NCBI GenBank assembly: GCA_049472335.1
Contig: JBLIRO010000008.1
Span: 18,085 to 82,084 of the forward strand
Origin: a bacterium
GTDB taxonomy: Bacteria > SZUA-182 > DTGQ01 > JAFGSM01
Length of the DNA stretch: 64,000 nucleotides
Reading direction: 5' to 3'
Part shown: one piece after another, positions 30,058 to 40,985 of the stretch
Layout: the number at the start of each line of letters is the position of its first letter
Numbering within the stretch: the first letter of the stretch is position 1
The notes under the pieces: model-generated
The model's input: the letters and a program-made list of their open reading frames with translations, nothing else
What the model was told of the DNA's origin: nothing
Database searches by the model: none
Made by a program: the position numbers and the translations under genes

Positions 30058-33000
30058 ATGACAGATTCAGAATCAAAGGATGATCCAGGCACCAGTATAC
30101 ATTTTGGAAATGTTCGTGGAGACTTCAGTATCACTGGCGATATTGTTGCCGGGAATAAGGTCATTATTCAAAAAATCACAAAGGATAAAGCTGAGAAGAT
30201 CGTTTCACCCCCTTATAAGTTTTTATCTTCATATGATATCTCAGACCGGTTTTTATTCTACGGACGTAGTGCACTAGTTGAAGAATTGGCGGGGCAGATC
30301 CCTCGCCAAAAGGTGCTTATCATTAATGGACAATCCGGTTCAGGGAAGACATCCTTGATCAGGGCCGGCTTGATCCCTCGATTAGCGGACAACGATTACT
30401 TTTACGTAACGTTCAGGGATTACAGCGACCCCGTAAAGCAATTGCGTGAGTACTTTATCCGGGATGACTCGTTCAGGCTGAATGGAGTAAGTTCGCTCTC
30501 TTTATTTAAAATCCTCTGGACTATCAGTCACAAACAAAAAAGTCGCCTTGTGGTAGTCCTGGATCAGTTTGAGAGGTTTTTCGTAAATGTGCCTCCTGGT
30601 TTGAGAAGACGTTTTATTCTGGAATTTAAGGAGTGTATGGAGAGTGATCTGAGTGCCGAAGAGATGAATTTTGTCTTTTCCATCCGGGAGGATTTCTTCG
30701 GCCAGTTACTGAGGGAATTTGAGGCCGTTCTCCCCAGTTTTTTCAATGACAGCTCCCGTTATCATCTTGAGCCTTTAAACAGAGAAGAAGCCAGGGAAGC
30801 CATTGTAACGCCGCTAAACTATATCCACAATGTCAGTTACGACCTGGAATTTGTGGATGAGATACTTTTGCCTAGTCTCATTGAGAAAATTGCCGGTGAA
30901 GAAAAGATAGAACCTCCGCACCTGCAGATTGTCTGTAATCGCCTTTATGAAGCGGCAAAGAAAAATCTAAAAGATAACAAGTTCGTTGTTATTGGCAATG
31001 AGATATACGAAGAGCTGGGGGGAACCCAGATGATTTTACAGGACTATCTGGACCATTGTGTGGAAGAGATCGTAGAGGACCGGGACCCGAAAAAATCCGA
31101 TATAGTACGTTCCATGTTGAAGCTTATGGTTGAGACAACGGGCACCCGAAAATTCATTTCAATGACGGATATCAGGAATGGCTTGCCGGATGTAAAGGAT
31201 TTTACACTTATAGAGATATTTATCAAGCGATTAGAGAATGTCCGTGTCATAGAGATCCGGGGAAATGGAGAGTCAACAACCTATTCTCTTTCCCATGATC
31301 TTATGGTGAAGAAAATCCAGGAATGGATTGATGAACGAGAAATGAACCGGAAGAGGGCCCAGGAGACACTGAAAAGGGGAATAGATGAATGGAAGAGCAA
31401 TAAGACACTTCTTAATAAGAAACAAATACACATTATCAATAAGTGGGCAGTAAAACTGAGTGAGGAAGAAAAGAAACTGTTAAAAAAAAGTCAAAAGGCA
31501 TATAAAAGACGATATCTTTGTTTCAGTGGTTTGCTCATTTTCTTATTTGTTGTGGCGTATATGCTTGTATGTGAGTATTCAAAAAGGCAAAAGATATCAA
31601 ACTCTCGGAAATTAGCGGCCTTTGCCGCGCAGACACTGGAAACAGATCCAACCCTTAGCTTCCGTTTAGCCGAGGCTGCTTTGAAGATTTGGCCTACCTT
31701 AAACGCTCAAAAAGCCATTATGCCTCCACTTGAATATCCTTTGTACAATGTATTAGCGGGGCATACGGATGATGTCAATATCGTGAGATTTTCGCCCGAC
31801 GGAAGGCGTATTGTAACAGTATCTCATGACAAAACAATTCGGATATGGAATGTTGCCGATGGTAAGCAAATCCATGTACTGAAAGGGCATACTGCCTTTA
31901 TCAGCACACTTGCTTTTTCCGGGGACGGAAAGCATATAGTAACTGCATCGTTTGATAAAACAGCCAGGATATGGGAGGTTCACACAGGTATGCAGGTCCA
32001 AATCCTGGAAGGACACAAGGACTTTATCAGTTATGCTGAATTTTCACCAAACGGAGAACAGGTCGTTACGGCGTCCTGGGACAAGACAGCCCGGATCTGG
32101 GATGTCTTTACAGGAAATGAATTGCATGCCTTGGAAGGGCATACAGAATCATTATCAAATGCCAGATTTTTACCAAGTGGTGAACAGGTCATCACTGCAT
32201 CGGGTGATAACACCGTCAGATTTTGGGATGTTGATTCAAGCAAACAGATTTACATCCTTGAAGGGCACACCGCCTCGATAATCATGATTGAATTATCTTT
32301 AGATGGAAGATATATAGTTAGCACATCCCATGACAATACAGCCAGGATTTGGGATGTCACCACGGGTCAGCAAATCCATGTTCTGAGAGGGCATAGGGGC
32401 CCTGTTATGAGTGCTGCTTTTTCACCGGATGGGAGGCAGATCGTTACTGCTTCAAAAGACAATACAGCCAGAATTTGGGATTGCACCACGGGACAGCAAC
32501 TCAATATCTTGAAAGGGCATACTGATCCGGTTATTCTTTCTGCGTTTTCGCCGGATGGAAATTTAATCATCACTGCATCCAGGGATAATACTGCGAGGAT
32601 TTGGGATGTTGCCACAGGCCAGGAACACCATATCTTGAAAGGACATATTGCTCCTGTCGTGGGTGCTGCATTTTCTCCTGATGAGAAGCGGATCGTCACT
32701 GCTTCTGAGGATAAGTCAGCCAGGATTTGGAATGCTGCCTCCGGTCAAGAGATACATGTATTGAAAGTGCATACGGATTCAGTTTCCATGAGCATGTTTT
32801 CACCTGACGAGAAGTGTATTGTTACCGGATCTCACGATGGATTGACCCAGATTTGGGATATTGCCACCGGACAGAGATGTCATTTATTAGAAGGACATGG
32901 AGATTCCGTCTTAAGTGCCGATTTTTCGCCAGATGGGGAAAAGATAGTAACTGCATCCCGGGATAAAACAGCCAGGATTTGGTATTCTGCTACGGGCCAA

Positions 33001-33873
33001 CAAATCCATGTATTGCAGGGGCATACGGACTCAGTTATAAATGCAGCATTTTCACCCAACGGCAAGCAGATCATCACTGCATCCAAGGACAGTTCGGCCA
33101 GAATTTGGGATGTTGTCTCAGGCCAGGAACGCTGCATTCTAGGTGGACATAAAGGGCCTGTTGTTAATGCCGTTTTTTCACGGGACGGAAAGCAAATCGC
33201 CACTATATCCTGGGACAAGGTTATCATTTGGAATAATACTGCTGATACATGTCAGAAATTTCGCAATCTAAATGAAGATAGTGGGCATATTAGTAATGCT
33301 GTATTTTCTCCCAGTGGAAGATTTATAATAACCATATCTGAAGAAGATCCAAATGTTCAAATTTGGGATGTAAGGTCAGGCGAGAAGATCCATATCCTGA
33401 AAGGGCATACGGATTCAGTTATGAGCGCCATATTTTCACCGGATGGAGAAATGATTACCACTGCATCCTGGGATAAAACAGCACGAATCTGGGATGTAGA
33501 CAAGGGCCAACAAATTCATATTCTTGACGGACACTGGGAAGGCCTTGAGTCTGCTATGTTTTCTCCGGACGGAAAAAGATTGGTTACTGCATCAGAGGAT
33601 AAAACAGCTCAAATCTGGGATGTTGAAACAGGCCAGCAAATCCATATCCTAAAAGGACACAGGGAAGGCCTCAATTCTGCTATGTTTTCACCTGACGGGA
33701 AATGGATCATCACTGCATCCAAGGATAAAACAGTTCGGATTTGGGTGGCTGACTATCACCAGGTTTTAAGATATATCAACAAAGATAGAATTCGGGGAAA
33801 TATTCGGCACCTAACCGAGGAAGAAAAGATAAAATATGGTATCCTTGGGACTGAGAAAAGGAGGTTTGAATAA
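30058..33873 (+). CDS. nSTAND1 NTPase + TM helix + 16 WD40 repeats (NLR-like receptor)
   Basis: 'FYGR', Walker A 'GQSGSGKTS', 'RAGLIPRL', Walker B 'VVVLDQFE', 'SIREDF', 'PHLQIVC'; TM '[18 protein letters not shown]'; 16 GH..FSPDG..TAS.D..ARIWD repeats. Confidence 0.92.
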   Translation: MTDSESKDDPGTSIHFGNVRGDFSITGDIVAGNKVIIQKITKDKAEKIVSPPYKFLSSYDISDRFLFYGRSALVEELAGQIPRQKVLIINGQSGSGKTSLIRAGLIPRLADNDYFYVTFRDYSDPVKQLREYFIRDDSFRLNGVSSLSLFKILWTISHKQKSRLVVVLDQFERFFVNVPPGLRRRFILEFKECMESDLSAEEMNFVFSIREDFFGQLLREFEAVLPSFFNDSSRYHLEPLNREEAREAIVTPLNYIHNVSYDLEFVDEILLPSLIEKIAGEEKIEPPHLQIVCNRLYEAAKKNLKDNKFVVIGNEIYEELGGTQMILQDYLDHCVEEIVEDRDPKKSDIVRSMLKLMVETTGTRKFISMTDIRNGLPDVKDFTLIEIFIKRLENVRVIEIRGNGESTTYSLSHDLMVKKIQEWIDEREMNRKRAQETLKRGIDEWKSNKTLLNKKQIHIINKWAVKLSEEEKKLLKKSQKAYKRRYLCFSGLLIFLFVVAYMLVCEYSKRQKISNSRKLAAFAAQTLETDPTLSFRLAEAALKIWPTLNAQKAIMPPLEYPLYNVLAGHTDDVNIVRFSPDGRRIVTVSHDKTIRIWNVADGKQIHVLKGHTAFISTLAFSGDGKHIVTASFDKTARIWEVHTGMQVQILEGHKDFISYAEFSPNGEQVVTASWDKTARIWDVFTGNELHALEGHTESLSNARFLPSGEQVITASGDNTVRFWDVDSSKQIYILEGHTASIIMIELSLDGRYIVSTSHDNTARIWDVTTGQQIHVLRGHRGPVMSAAFSPDGRQIVTASKDNTARIWDCTTGQQLNILKGHTDPVILSAFSPDGNLIITASRDNTARIWDVATGQEHHILKGHIAPVVGAAFSPDEKRIVTASEDKSARIWNAASGQEIHVLKVHTDSVSMSMFSPDEKCIVTGSHDGLTQIWDIATGQRCHLLEGHGDSVLSADFSPDGEKIVTASRDKTARIWYSATGQQIHVLQGHTDSVINAAFSPNGKQIITASKDSSARIWDVVSGQERCILGGHKGPVVNAVFSRDGKQIATISWDKVIIWNNTADTCQKFRNLNEDSGHISNAVFSPSGRFIITISEEDPNVQIWDVRSGEKIHILKGHTDSVMSAIFSPDGEMITTASWDKTARIWDVDKGQQIHILDGHWEGLESAMFSPDGKRLVTASEDKTAQIWDVETGQQIHILKGHREGLNSAMFSPDGKWIITASKDKTVRIWVADYHQVLRYINKDRIRGNIRHLTEEEKIKYGILGTEKRRFE

Positions 33874-34376
33874 TGAGTAAAAAAAACGAATTGCATTTCG
33901 GCAATATCGGAGGCAACTTAAATGTGGGTGGGGACATTGTCGCCGGAGATAAAATAACAACTATCGATAGCAGCACCACCAATATAAACTATGGTTTTAA
34001 AAGAAAAGAGGACAAAGAGGAGTTTGTTTATCAGATAGATGAGTTATATTCCATAATGAATCAAATAAGGTCCCAAATTGATAAAATAGAAGGTTTTGAT
34101 AAGGATAAAAAGGAAAAAATCATCCAAGAAATTACAGAACATGCAAAATTTTTGAAAACGGCAAAGGAGAAAGCTGATAGTCTGACTATAGGGCAAGAAG
34201 CACCTCAAGAAAAGACAAAAACCATAGAAGAGTGCTTGAACAGATCAGGTACCCTTATGGAAAAAATCCAAAAAATGGGTGCAAAAATCGCCAGTTTTGC
34301 TAACAAAATAGAACCGATTATGTCTAAGGCTCTGCCAATTCTAATTAATATACGTAAATTGTTTGGCCTGCCATAG
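33873..34376 (+). CDS. Small helical protein sharing its N-terminal motif with the upstream STAND receptor (candidate effector)
   Basis: TAATG stop/start overlap; AGGAGG RBS; N-terminal 'LHFGNIGGNLNVGGDIVAGDK'. Confidence 0.8.
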   Translation: MSKKNELHFGNIGGNLNVGGDIVAGDKITTIDSSTTNINYGFKRKEDKEEFVYQIDELYSIMNQIRSQIDKIEGFDKDKKEKIIQEITEHAKFLKTAKEKADSLTIGQEAPQEKTKTIEECLNRSGTLMEKIQKMGAKIASFANKIEPIMSKALPILINIRKLFGLP

Positions 34377-34691
34377 ACATGACGTTGAACTGTGCATGGT
34401 TAAAATGTCATCATTTCAGAATATCAACAATTTATAGAGACAATGATTTTATTGAAAATCATTCTGGCAAAGATTTTTAAAATGTTTTTAATTTATAGCC
34501 AGATGAAGTTTTGACAAGGCACACCTGCAATTATTCTATAATCATAGGCAACAAATCTGCCTCCCAAATCCATATTTCCATTCATATTGATCTGATCAAA
34601 CTTTTCAAATTCGTCCGAATGGTCTTTAACTCGTCCGTTTGGACGATTCCGGTGGTCCTGAATTTTTTTATATTTTATATTATCTCCAATT

Positions 34692-34736
34692 AATCAATAT
34701 GTTATGCATATAATGTTAATTGGTATAATTTTTGCT
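34692..34736 (+). promoter_or_regulatory. IHF site + sigma54 promoter
   Basis: AATCAATATGTTA (matches WATCAANNNNTTR) at 34692-34704; TGGTATAATTTTTGCT at 34721-34736. Confidence 0.7.
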
Positions 34737-34930
34737 GAGATAAGAATATTTTGGGGGCCTAACAGGCCGGTAATTTTTTGTATTATATTTATTGATAATT
34801 ATTCTTGAAATTACTAACGGATCAACATATAGATTGAATAATAACTCAAAAAAGGTTTCCTCTCCTAATGACAATCATCTCCGGAAAGTTGCTTTTGAGG
34901 AATTTCCTTATGAGGAGAGGGGGGTGGTGA

Positions 34931-37900
34931 ATGAAATATCCATATAGTAAACAACAAGCATATTATTTTCTTAAAAGACTAGTCACCACAATTATTTTTA
35001 TTTTCTTTTTCCTGAACGGGACAACTTTTTATATTTTAGGGCAGGATGTTAATAATTCGGCATTTGCTTCGGTTACCCTCTTTATCAATGAGTTCATGGC
35101 CGGCAATAACAGTACGATTGAGGACCCTCAAGAAACAGGGAGTTTTGAAGATTGGATTGAGATTTATAATCCGGGTAGTACAAATGTAAATATGGGTGGC
35201 ATGTATCTCACGGATGACCCCAACAAACCTGATCAATGGCAGATCCCTGCCGGAGTGAGTATCCCGGCAAAAGGCTATCTTTTTTTCTGGGCGGACAATG
35301 ATGAGGATCAGGGCATAACCCATACCAATTTCAAACTGAGCTTGGATGGTGAGATGATTATCCTTTTGGGTGCTGACGGAACAACGATTATTGATTCAAT
35401 TGAGTTCGGGGCACAAATCACCGATATTTCTTATGGCCGGTACCCGGACGGAGCCGCGGAGTGGGGTTTCATGACAGCAACTCCGGGTGCGGCAAACAAT
35501 AATCACAATAAACCGCCTCAAATTACCGGCATTGACCGGACCCCAATAATACCCAATGAAGGAGAGTCTGTTTTTGTGACCTGCTCAGTTACCGATGAGG
35601 AAAATGTCGCTTATGTAAATCTCACCTACAATTCCGGCACGGGAGAGATAACGACCAGTATGTATGATGATGGGGCGCATAATGATGGCGGCGTTAAGGA
35701 TAACCTCTATAGTGCTGTGATTCCGGCCTTTACTAAGAATACTGTTGTAAAATACTATGTGACTGCCACTGACAATAATGGAGTTTCATCTCACGATCCG
35801 GTGAATGTTTCAAAAGAATTATACGTATATGTAGTGGGCTATATACCGCCTATGCTTTTTATCAACGAGTTTATGGCAGAAAACACCAGCGCGGTCGAGA
35901 ATCCTGATCAGACAGGGAGCTTTGAGGATTGGATTGAGATTTATAATGCCGGTGATCTGGCAGTAAATATGAGTGGAATGTATCTCACTGACGACCTGAG
36001 CAATCCGACCCTATGGAAAATCCCTGGTGGGGTAAATATTCCATCCAAAGGCTGTCTGGTCTTCTGGGCTGACAACAACAAAGATCAAGGAATAATGCAT
36101 GCCAACTTTAAACTCAACAAGGACGGAGAAGAAATAGGATTATTCGCTACAACTGCCAATGGGAATATGACTATTGACAAGGTGAGCTTTGGGGAGCAAA
36201 TCAGTGATATTTCTTACAGTAGAATCTACGATTATGGAGCACCATGGGTGTTTACCAAGAACCCAAGTCCCGGTGAGTCCGGCTCTTTCCCTGATGGAAC
36301 ATATACATGTAATTTTTCATATGTCATTGATAGTTATAAAGTTGTTCAAAAATCTGTGGCTGAAATAAATTCAGTTAATGGTTACAATGCATCCTTAGGA
36401 AAATATGAATCAAGTTATGTCTTTTGGGATAAGCCGGGCGGTAATAATTTCTCCATAAGTCCCGGAATTGACTATATTATTTCAATATCCGGTTCTTCGA
36501 GCACCGGTTCAGACAGTTTCGACATGTCATTTATTTCAGAAATAAAGACATTGATGCTGGCAATGCCGGTTGCAGTGCCGGGTTCAGAAATTACCAATAT
36601 TACACTGCAAGGCGATTCAACAATCTTAAACGGTAGCGGGGCAACATTTAACGGTCAAAACATAATCATAACGTCTGCCGGAATATACAACATAAGCGGC
36701 ACATTGAATGATGGACAGATAATAGTAGATACTCAGGATGAGGAAACAGTAGAGCTGGTCCTGAACGGAGCAGATATTTCCTGTTCCTCAAGCGCTCCCG
36801 TTTATATTATAAGTGCGAAAGACACAATAATCACCCTGGCGGACGGTACTGAAAATTACATAACAGACGAGGATACTTATATCCTTGAGGATACGAATTC
36901 CGATGAACCTAATGCAGCGGTTTTCAGCAGGGATGACCTCACAATCGGCGGCAACGGTTCGCTGACTGTCCATGCGAATTACAACGATGGAATAACAAGC
37001 AAAGACGATCTTGAGATTACAGGTGGCAGCATCACCGTAAACGCCGTTAACGATGGTATCAGGGGCAGGGACTCCTTTACTGTCAGGGGCGGAACTGTCA
37101 CAGTGATCGCGGGTGGTGACGGGATGCAATCCAATAATGATGGGGATGGGGATGTGGAAGTGGGTAATATTTACATTGAAGGCGGCACCTTCTATATCGC
37201 TGCTGGTGCGGATGGCATACAGGCCAATACACGGGTTCTTATCAGTGGAGGCGATATTTCAATATCCTCGGGTGGCGGAAGCAATTATACCACTGGTTCT
37301 TCCGACAGTGCCAAAGGAATTAAAGCCGGTGTTAATGTGACTATTGAGGGAGGTGATATTGATATAGATTCTTCGGATGATGCTATCCATTCAAATGAGA
37401 CTCTAACGATTAACGGCGGATATATTACCTTGGCCTCCGGAGATGACGGCATATATTCGGGTTCAACTTTAGAGATTAGCGGGGGAGATATAAGTATTAC
37501 GAAATGTTATGATGGTCTTTCTGCAGGGGAGGCAGATATCTCCTACGATGGTATCCTGACTATTTCCGGCGGGAGTATACAAATAACGGTTACCGAAAAT
37601 AAATCAAAAGGAATCAAGTCCGCCAAAAACATGATACTTAGCGGTGGGGACATCAATATCAATACATCCGGTGGGGTGGTGCTCGAACAGTCAGGTTCTG
37701 GCTATAATCCGGTTTATTGTTCAGGCATAAAATGCGACAGCAACGTAACCATCAGCGGGGCGAATATTTCTATTACCAGCACGGGAATTGCCGGTAAAGG
37801 TATTTCATCAGACCAGGATATATATATTACAGAGGGTAATATAAATTTAAATACTTCAGGCGCCGGATCAACGTATAGAAATTCGAGCGGGGCAACAGAT

Positions 37901-38878
37901 TCCTATAATGCCACCTGTATTACTGCCGATGGCGATATAACAATTCTTGATGGTTCTGTTACCACTTTAAGCTCCGGTTCTGCGGGTAAAGGCATATCTG
38001 CGGGCGGCGAACTAACCGTTGGCGATATAACCCATTCACCAACTTTAAATATAACAACCACGGGTGCCAAATTTTTGATATCAGGCAGTTGGATGAATGC
38101 CGAATATGCAACAGCAAAAGCTGTTAAAAGCGACGGCGCTATTACGATAAACAATGGCATGATCACAATGTCATCATCCGATGATAGTCTGAAATCAGAT
38201 ACATCGATTACCATCAATAATGGTGATATCTCAATTGTCGAATCCCTGGAAGGAATCGAAAGCCCATATATTACTGTAAATAACGGAAATGTTGGTATTG
38301 TAGCTTCTGATGATGGTTTTAATTCCACAAAAGGGATTGACATGGAAGGAAATGATGGAAGCTGCCTGTATCTTAATGGTGGAAATATTTATGTGAATGT
38401 ATCCAAAGGCGATGGTATTGACGGTAACGGAAATATTGTAATAACCGGAGGTACAATAATTGTTCATGGCCCTAAATCACAGCCTGAAGTGGGGATGGAT
38501 TATAACGGCACGTGTAATATTTCCGGAGGCCTATTGGTTATATCAGGGACAAACTCTAATATGACACAGGCCACCAGTTCAAGTTCCCAGCAATATTGCA
38601 TAAAAGCTACAACAACTTCGGGTGTTGCGGCAAACACACTCTTCCATATTCAGGATGCAAATGGAAATGATATTGTAACATTCAAACCTGTACGTAATTA
38701 TTATTCAATAATTTTTTCATCGCCTGGATTAAAAAGCGGTTCTACTTATTATATTTATACTGGTGGTTCATCAACCGGCACGGAAACAAATGGGTTGTAT
38801 AGCGGTGGAACCTACTCTGGCGGCACTCAAAGAAAAAGCTTTATAGTTTATAATAAGGTTACCAGCGTGTCATTTTAA
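34931..38878 (+). CDS. Secreted protein with two lamin-tail domains and a DUF4353/Cthe_2159-like carbohydrate-binding beta-helix
   Basis: Two 'FINEFMA.N..EDWIEIYN..MYLTDD..NFKL..DGE'; 'ITSAGIYNISGTLNDGQIIVD..LVLNGADI', 'DDAIHSN', 'GDGIDGNG'. Confidence 0.88.
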   Translation: MKYPYSKQQAYYFLKRLVTTIIFIFFFLNGTTFYILGQDVNNSAFASVTLFINEFMAGNNSTIEDPQETGSFEDWIEIYNPGSTNVNMGGMYLTDDPNKPDQWQIPAGVSIPAKGYLFFWADNDEDQGITHTNFKLSLDGEMIILLGADGTTIIDSIEFGAQITDISYGRYPDGAAEWGFMTATPGAANNNHNKPPQITGIDRTPIIPNEGESVFVTCSVTDEENVAYVNLTYNSGTGEITTSMYDDGAHNDGGVKDNLYSAVIPAFTKNTVVKYYVTATDNNGVSSHDPVNVSKELYVYVVGYIPPMLFINEFMAENTSAVENPDQTGSFEDWIEIYNAGDLAVNMSGMYLTDDLSNPTLWKIPGGVNIPSKGCLVFWADNNKDQGIMHANFKLNKDGEEIGLFATTANGNMTIDKVSFGEQISDISYSRIYDYGAPWVFTKNPSPGESGSFPDGTYTCNFSYVIDSYKVVQKSVAEINSVNGYNASLGKYESSYVFWDKPGGNNFSISPGIDYIISISGSSSTGSDSFDMSFISEIKTLMLAMPVAVPGSEITNITLQGDSTILNGSGATFNGQNIIITSAGIYNISGTLNDGQIIVDTQDEETVELVLNGADISCSSSAPVYIISAKDTIITLADGTENYITDEDTYILEDTNSDEPNAAVFSRDDLTIGGNGSLTVHANYNDGITSKDDLEITGGSITVNAVNDGIRGRDSFTVRGGTVTVIAGGDGMQSNNDGDGDVEVGNIYIEGGTFYIAAGADGIQANTRVLISGGDISISSGGGSNYTTGSSDSAKGIKAGVNVTIEGGDIDIDSSDDAIHSNETLTINGGYITLASGDDGIYSGSTLEISGGDISITKCYDGLSAGEADISYDGILTISGGSIQITVTENKSKGIKSAKNMILSGGDININTSGGVVLEQSGSGYNPVYCSGIKCDSNVTISGANISITSTGIAGKGISSDQDIYITEGNINLNTSGAGSTYRNSSGATDSYNATCITADGDITILDGSVTTLSSGSAGKGISAGGELTVGDITHSPTLNITTTGAKFLISGSWMNAEYATAKAVKSDGAITINNGMITMSSSDDSLKSDTSITINNGDISIVESLEGIESPYITVNNGNVGIVASDDGFNSTKGIDMEGNDGSCLYLNGGNIYVNVSKGDGIDGNGNIVITGGTIIVHGPKSQPEVGMDYNGTCNISGGLLVISGTNSNMTQATSSSSQQYCIKATTTSGVAANTLFHIQDANGNDIVTFKPVRNYYSIIFSSPGLKSGSTYYIYTGGSSTGTETNGLYSGGTYSGGTQRKSFIVYNKVTSVSF

Positions 38879-38943
38879 ATTATAAGTGAATATTTAAAAA
38901 GAATTGAATACCTTAAAATAAATTTGTCTGCATATAATGTAAT

Positions 38944-39017
38944 TAAACTAATAAACTAACACCGTCCCCATATTTCCGTCCCCATATTTCCCCCCATATT
39001 CCCCACATTCCCATATT
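38944..39017 (+). repeat. REP-like element end (25 bp) followed by decaying CCGTCCCCATATTT stutter repeats
   Basis: 38944-38968 is the exact reverse complement of 62192-62216. Confidence 0.8.
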
Positions 39018-39153
39018 CTATATTTTATTGTTGGAAAAAATGAAGCCCAAATATAGCAAAATCATACAGACTCTTATTGCAATCATATATGAGGTTTTAA
39101 TGTATTTAGTTATTTTGGTCGATTTATAATATATCAAAATTAATTATAAATTA

Positions 39154-40014
39154 TTGTCAACTACAATATTAGGGTTAGTTAAAACCTCAAGAGCCATTAT
39201 AATGAAGCTTAATGTATTAGACAAAAAAATGAACCCAACTAATGAGAAAAAATTTGGATATGATATTCTTGCGAATGAGTATTATGATTCATCTCACAAG
39301 ACTTGCAGAAACTTTGATTACACTACCAAGGCTGCAATTGAGGACCTATCAATAAAAAAAATTGTCCCTCGTAGTGGCATGGTATTAGAAGTAGGATGTG
39401 GTCGAGGCCGTTGTAGCGAGTTTCTTGGTATTAGTGCTTCAAGAATTGTGCAACTGGACTCAAGTCGAAAAATGTTGGCACTCGAGGACCGTGAACAGAG
39501 TATCATGCGGATTCATGCAGACGCAACAGCAGTTCCACTGTTTGATCAGCAATTCTCTGCTGTAATAGGCTTTCTTGTAGATTCCTTTATTGGTCTTAAT
39601 TTTCTAAAAGAAGTTTATCGCCTTCTCAAGCCTGGTGGTCTCCTTTTGGCCACAACACCAACACCTGAATGGGGTCATCCACTTCGGGTCGATCTTGAAT
39701 TTGAGGTCTCATTTGCCCGTTTTATTACGAAAAAAGAAGAAACAGTAATAGTTGCTTCTACATTAAACTCAGACAAAAAGCTCAATAAAATGCTGCAACA
39801 ATGCGGCTTTGAAGGAATATCCGTTACTTCGCATTGCCTTCCGGAAAATGCCAAGACGATATCTCCAGATATTAAAAAGGTTGCAGATAAAAAGGGTATT
39901 TCTGTTTATAAGCTTCCAATAGTGCATTTAATAAGGGCATTCAAAATAAAATCGATTAAAATGGGTTATGATGATAAGAAATCTGCTTCAAAAATTAGGA
40001 ATAAAAACTCATAG
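39154..40014 (+). CDS. Class I SAM-dependent methyltransferase (true start probably 39202 or 39229)
   Basis: 'VLEVGCGRG', 'LDSS..ML', 'ADAT..P', 'RLLKPGG'. Confidence 0.82.
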   Translation: MSTTILGLVKTSRAIIMKLNVLDKKMNPTNEKKFGYDILANEYYDSSHKTCRNFDYTTKAAIEDLSIKKIVPRSGMVLEVGCGRGRCSEFLGISASRIVQLDSSRKMLALEDREQSIMRIHADATAVPLFDQQFSAVIGFLVDSFIGLNFLKEVYRLLKPGGLLLATTPTPEWGHPLRVDLEFEVSFARFITKKEETVIVASTLNSDKKLNKMLQQCGFEGISVTSHCLPENAKTISPDIKKVADKKGISVYKLPIVHLIRAFKIKSIKMGYDDKKSASKIRNKNS

Positions 40015-40764
40015 ACAGTTTCGAATGGTCCTTCGTGGCATTGCTTCTGTGTGTATAGTATGTTCCGGATATGCAATTTAATATTTTATGCAAAAAAAAC
40101 AGTTTGGGTGGTCCGCACTACCTTTTATTTTAATTTTTTTCTGCACAATTCTTGAATTTCATTTAGAAGATTTTATAGTTAACCGTAGTTACCCATACGA
40201 AACTGAGAAGAAACTGGTCCTTTTGGAAGAAAAATTTGGTATTCGAGCGGTAGAATGTATTATAGATAAGCTTAAGCGTGCTATTAGGAGCTTTAATCCC
40301 TGTGATCAAGAACGTATTAGTGGTACAGTTCATATTAAGGTAAAGCTTGAACCATTGCCTGAAAAGGAAATACGTGCCGGATTGCTTCAACTTACAAATT
40401 ATGTAAACATTAGTGAAAATGGAATTCCTAGAGGCGATAAAGGAAGAATTACTACATTAGATCAGGGTATTATTGGACGCTGTGTCAGGACAGGTAAAAT
40501 TGAGTATGTAAATTTTGCAGATGAAGCTGAATACATGACTCGGATGGTTACTGAGTTTGGATTTACTATACCTGAGGCCAAGAATCATGATATACTTGCA
40601 AGGTCATATATTGCAGTTCCTCTCATCTTTAAATCAGATGTTATTGGTGTTTTGTATTTTTTTCCACAGAACCACAAGTATTTCCGACAGCTGCAGATAA
40701 TTCAGAACTAGAGGCGAAAGCCCAGGATTTTGTTGATGTACTTAAAATAGTGTCATTTGTATAA
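39968..40764 (+). pseudogene. Two-TM + GAF-domain protein with in-frame TAA and T7 frameshift
   Basis: ATG 39968 is in frame through TAA 40079-40081 to MQKK. GAF 'GIIGRCVRTG..RSYIAVPL..VIGVLYF'. Adding one T at 40657-40663 restores 'FSTEPQVFP..SFV*' ending 40764. Confidence 0.65.
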
Positions 40765-40834
40765 AATTTCATTTTGAAATAAAAAGAGTGAGGCATATAA
40801 TAAAGGACATATGCATTTAATCTTTCTTTAGTCT

Positions 40835-40955
40835 TGATGCAATCGCAAAAAGTCTGAATCGTTAAGAAAAATCGACTTTAAATTACAAATTTATTATACT
40901 ATTAACAATATATTGGTGTTTTTGGGCATTAAAATTACTTTTTACGATTGCATCA
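40835..40955. mobile_element. MITE-like element with 19-bp terminal inverted repeats
   Basis: TGATGCAATCGCAAAAAGT ... ACTTTTTACGATTGCATCA (18/19 match). Confidence 0.7.
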
Positions 40956-40985
40956 TTCTTAATCCAATTTAAATAAGTGAATTAA

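Noticed and set aside
31750..33750. CRISPR array or DGR template/variable repeat
   Set aside because: The repeats are in-frame WD40 coding units, with no spacers, cas genes or reverse transcriptase in the window.
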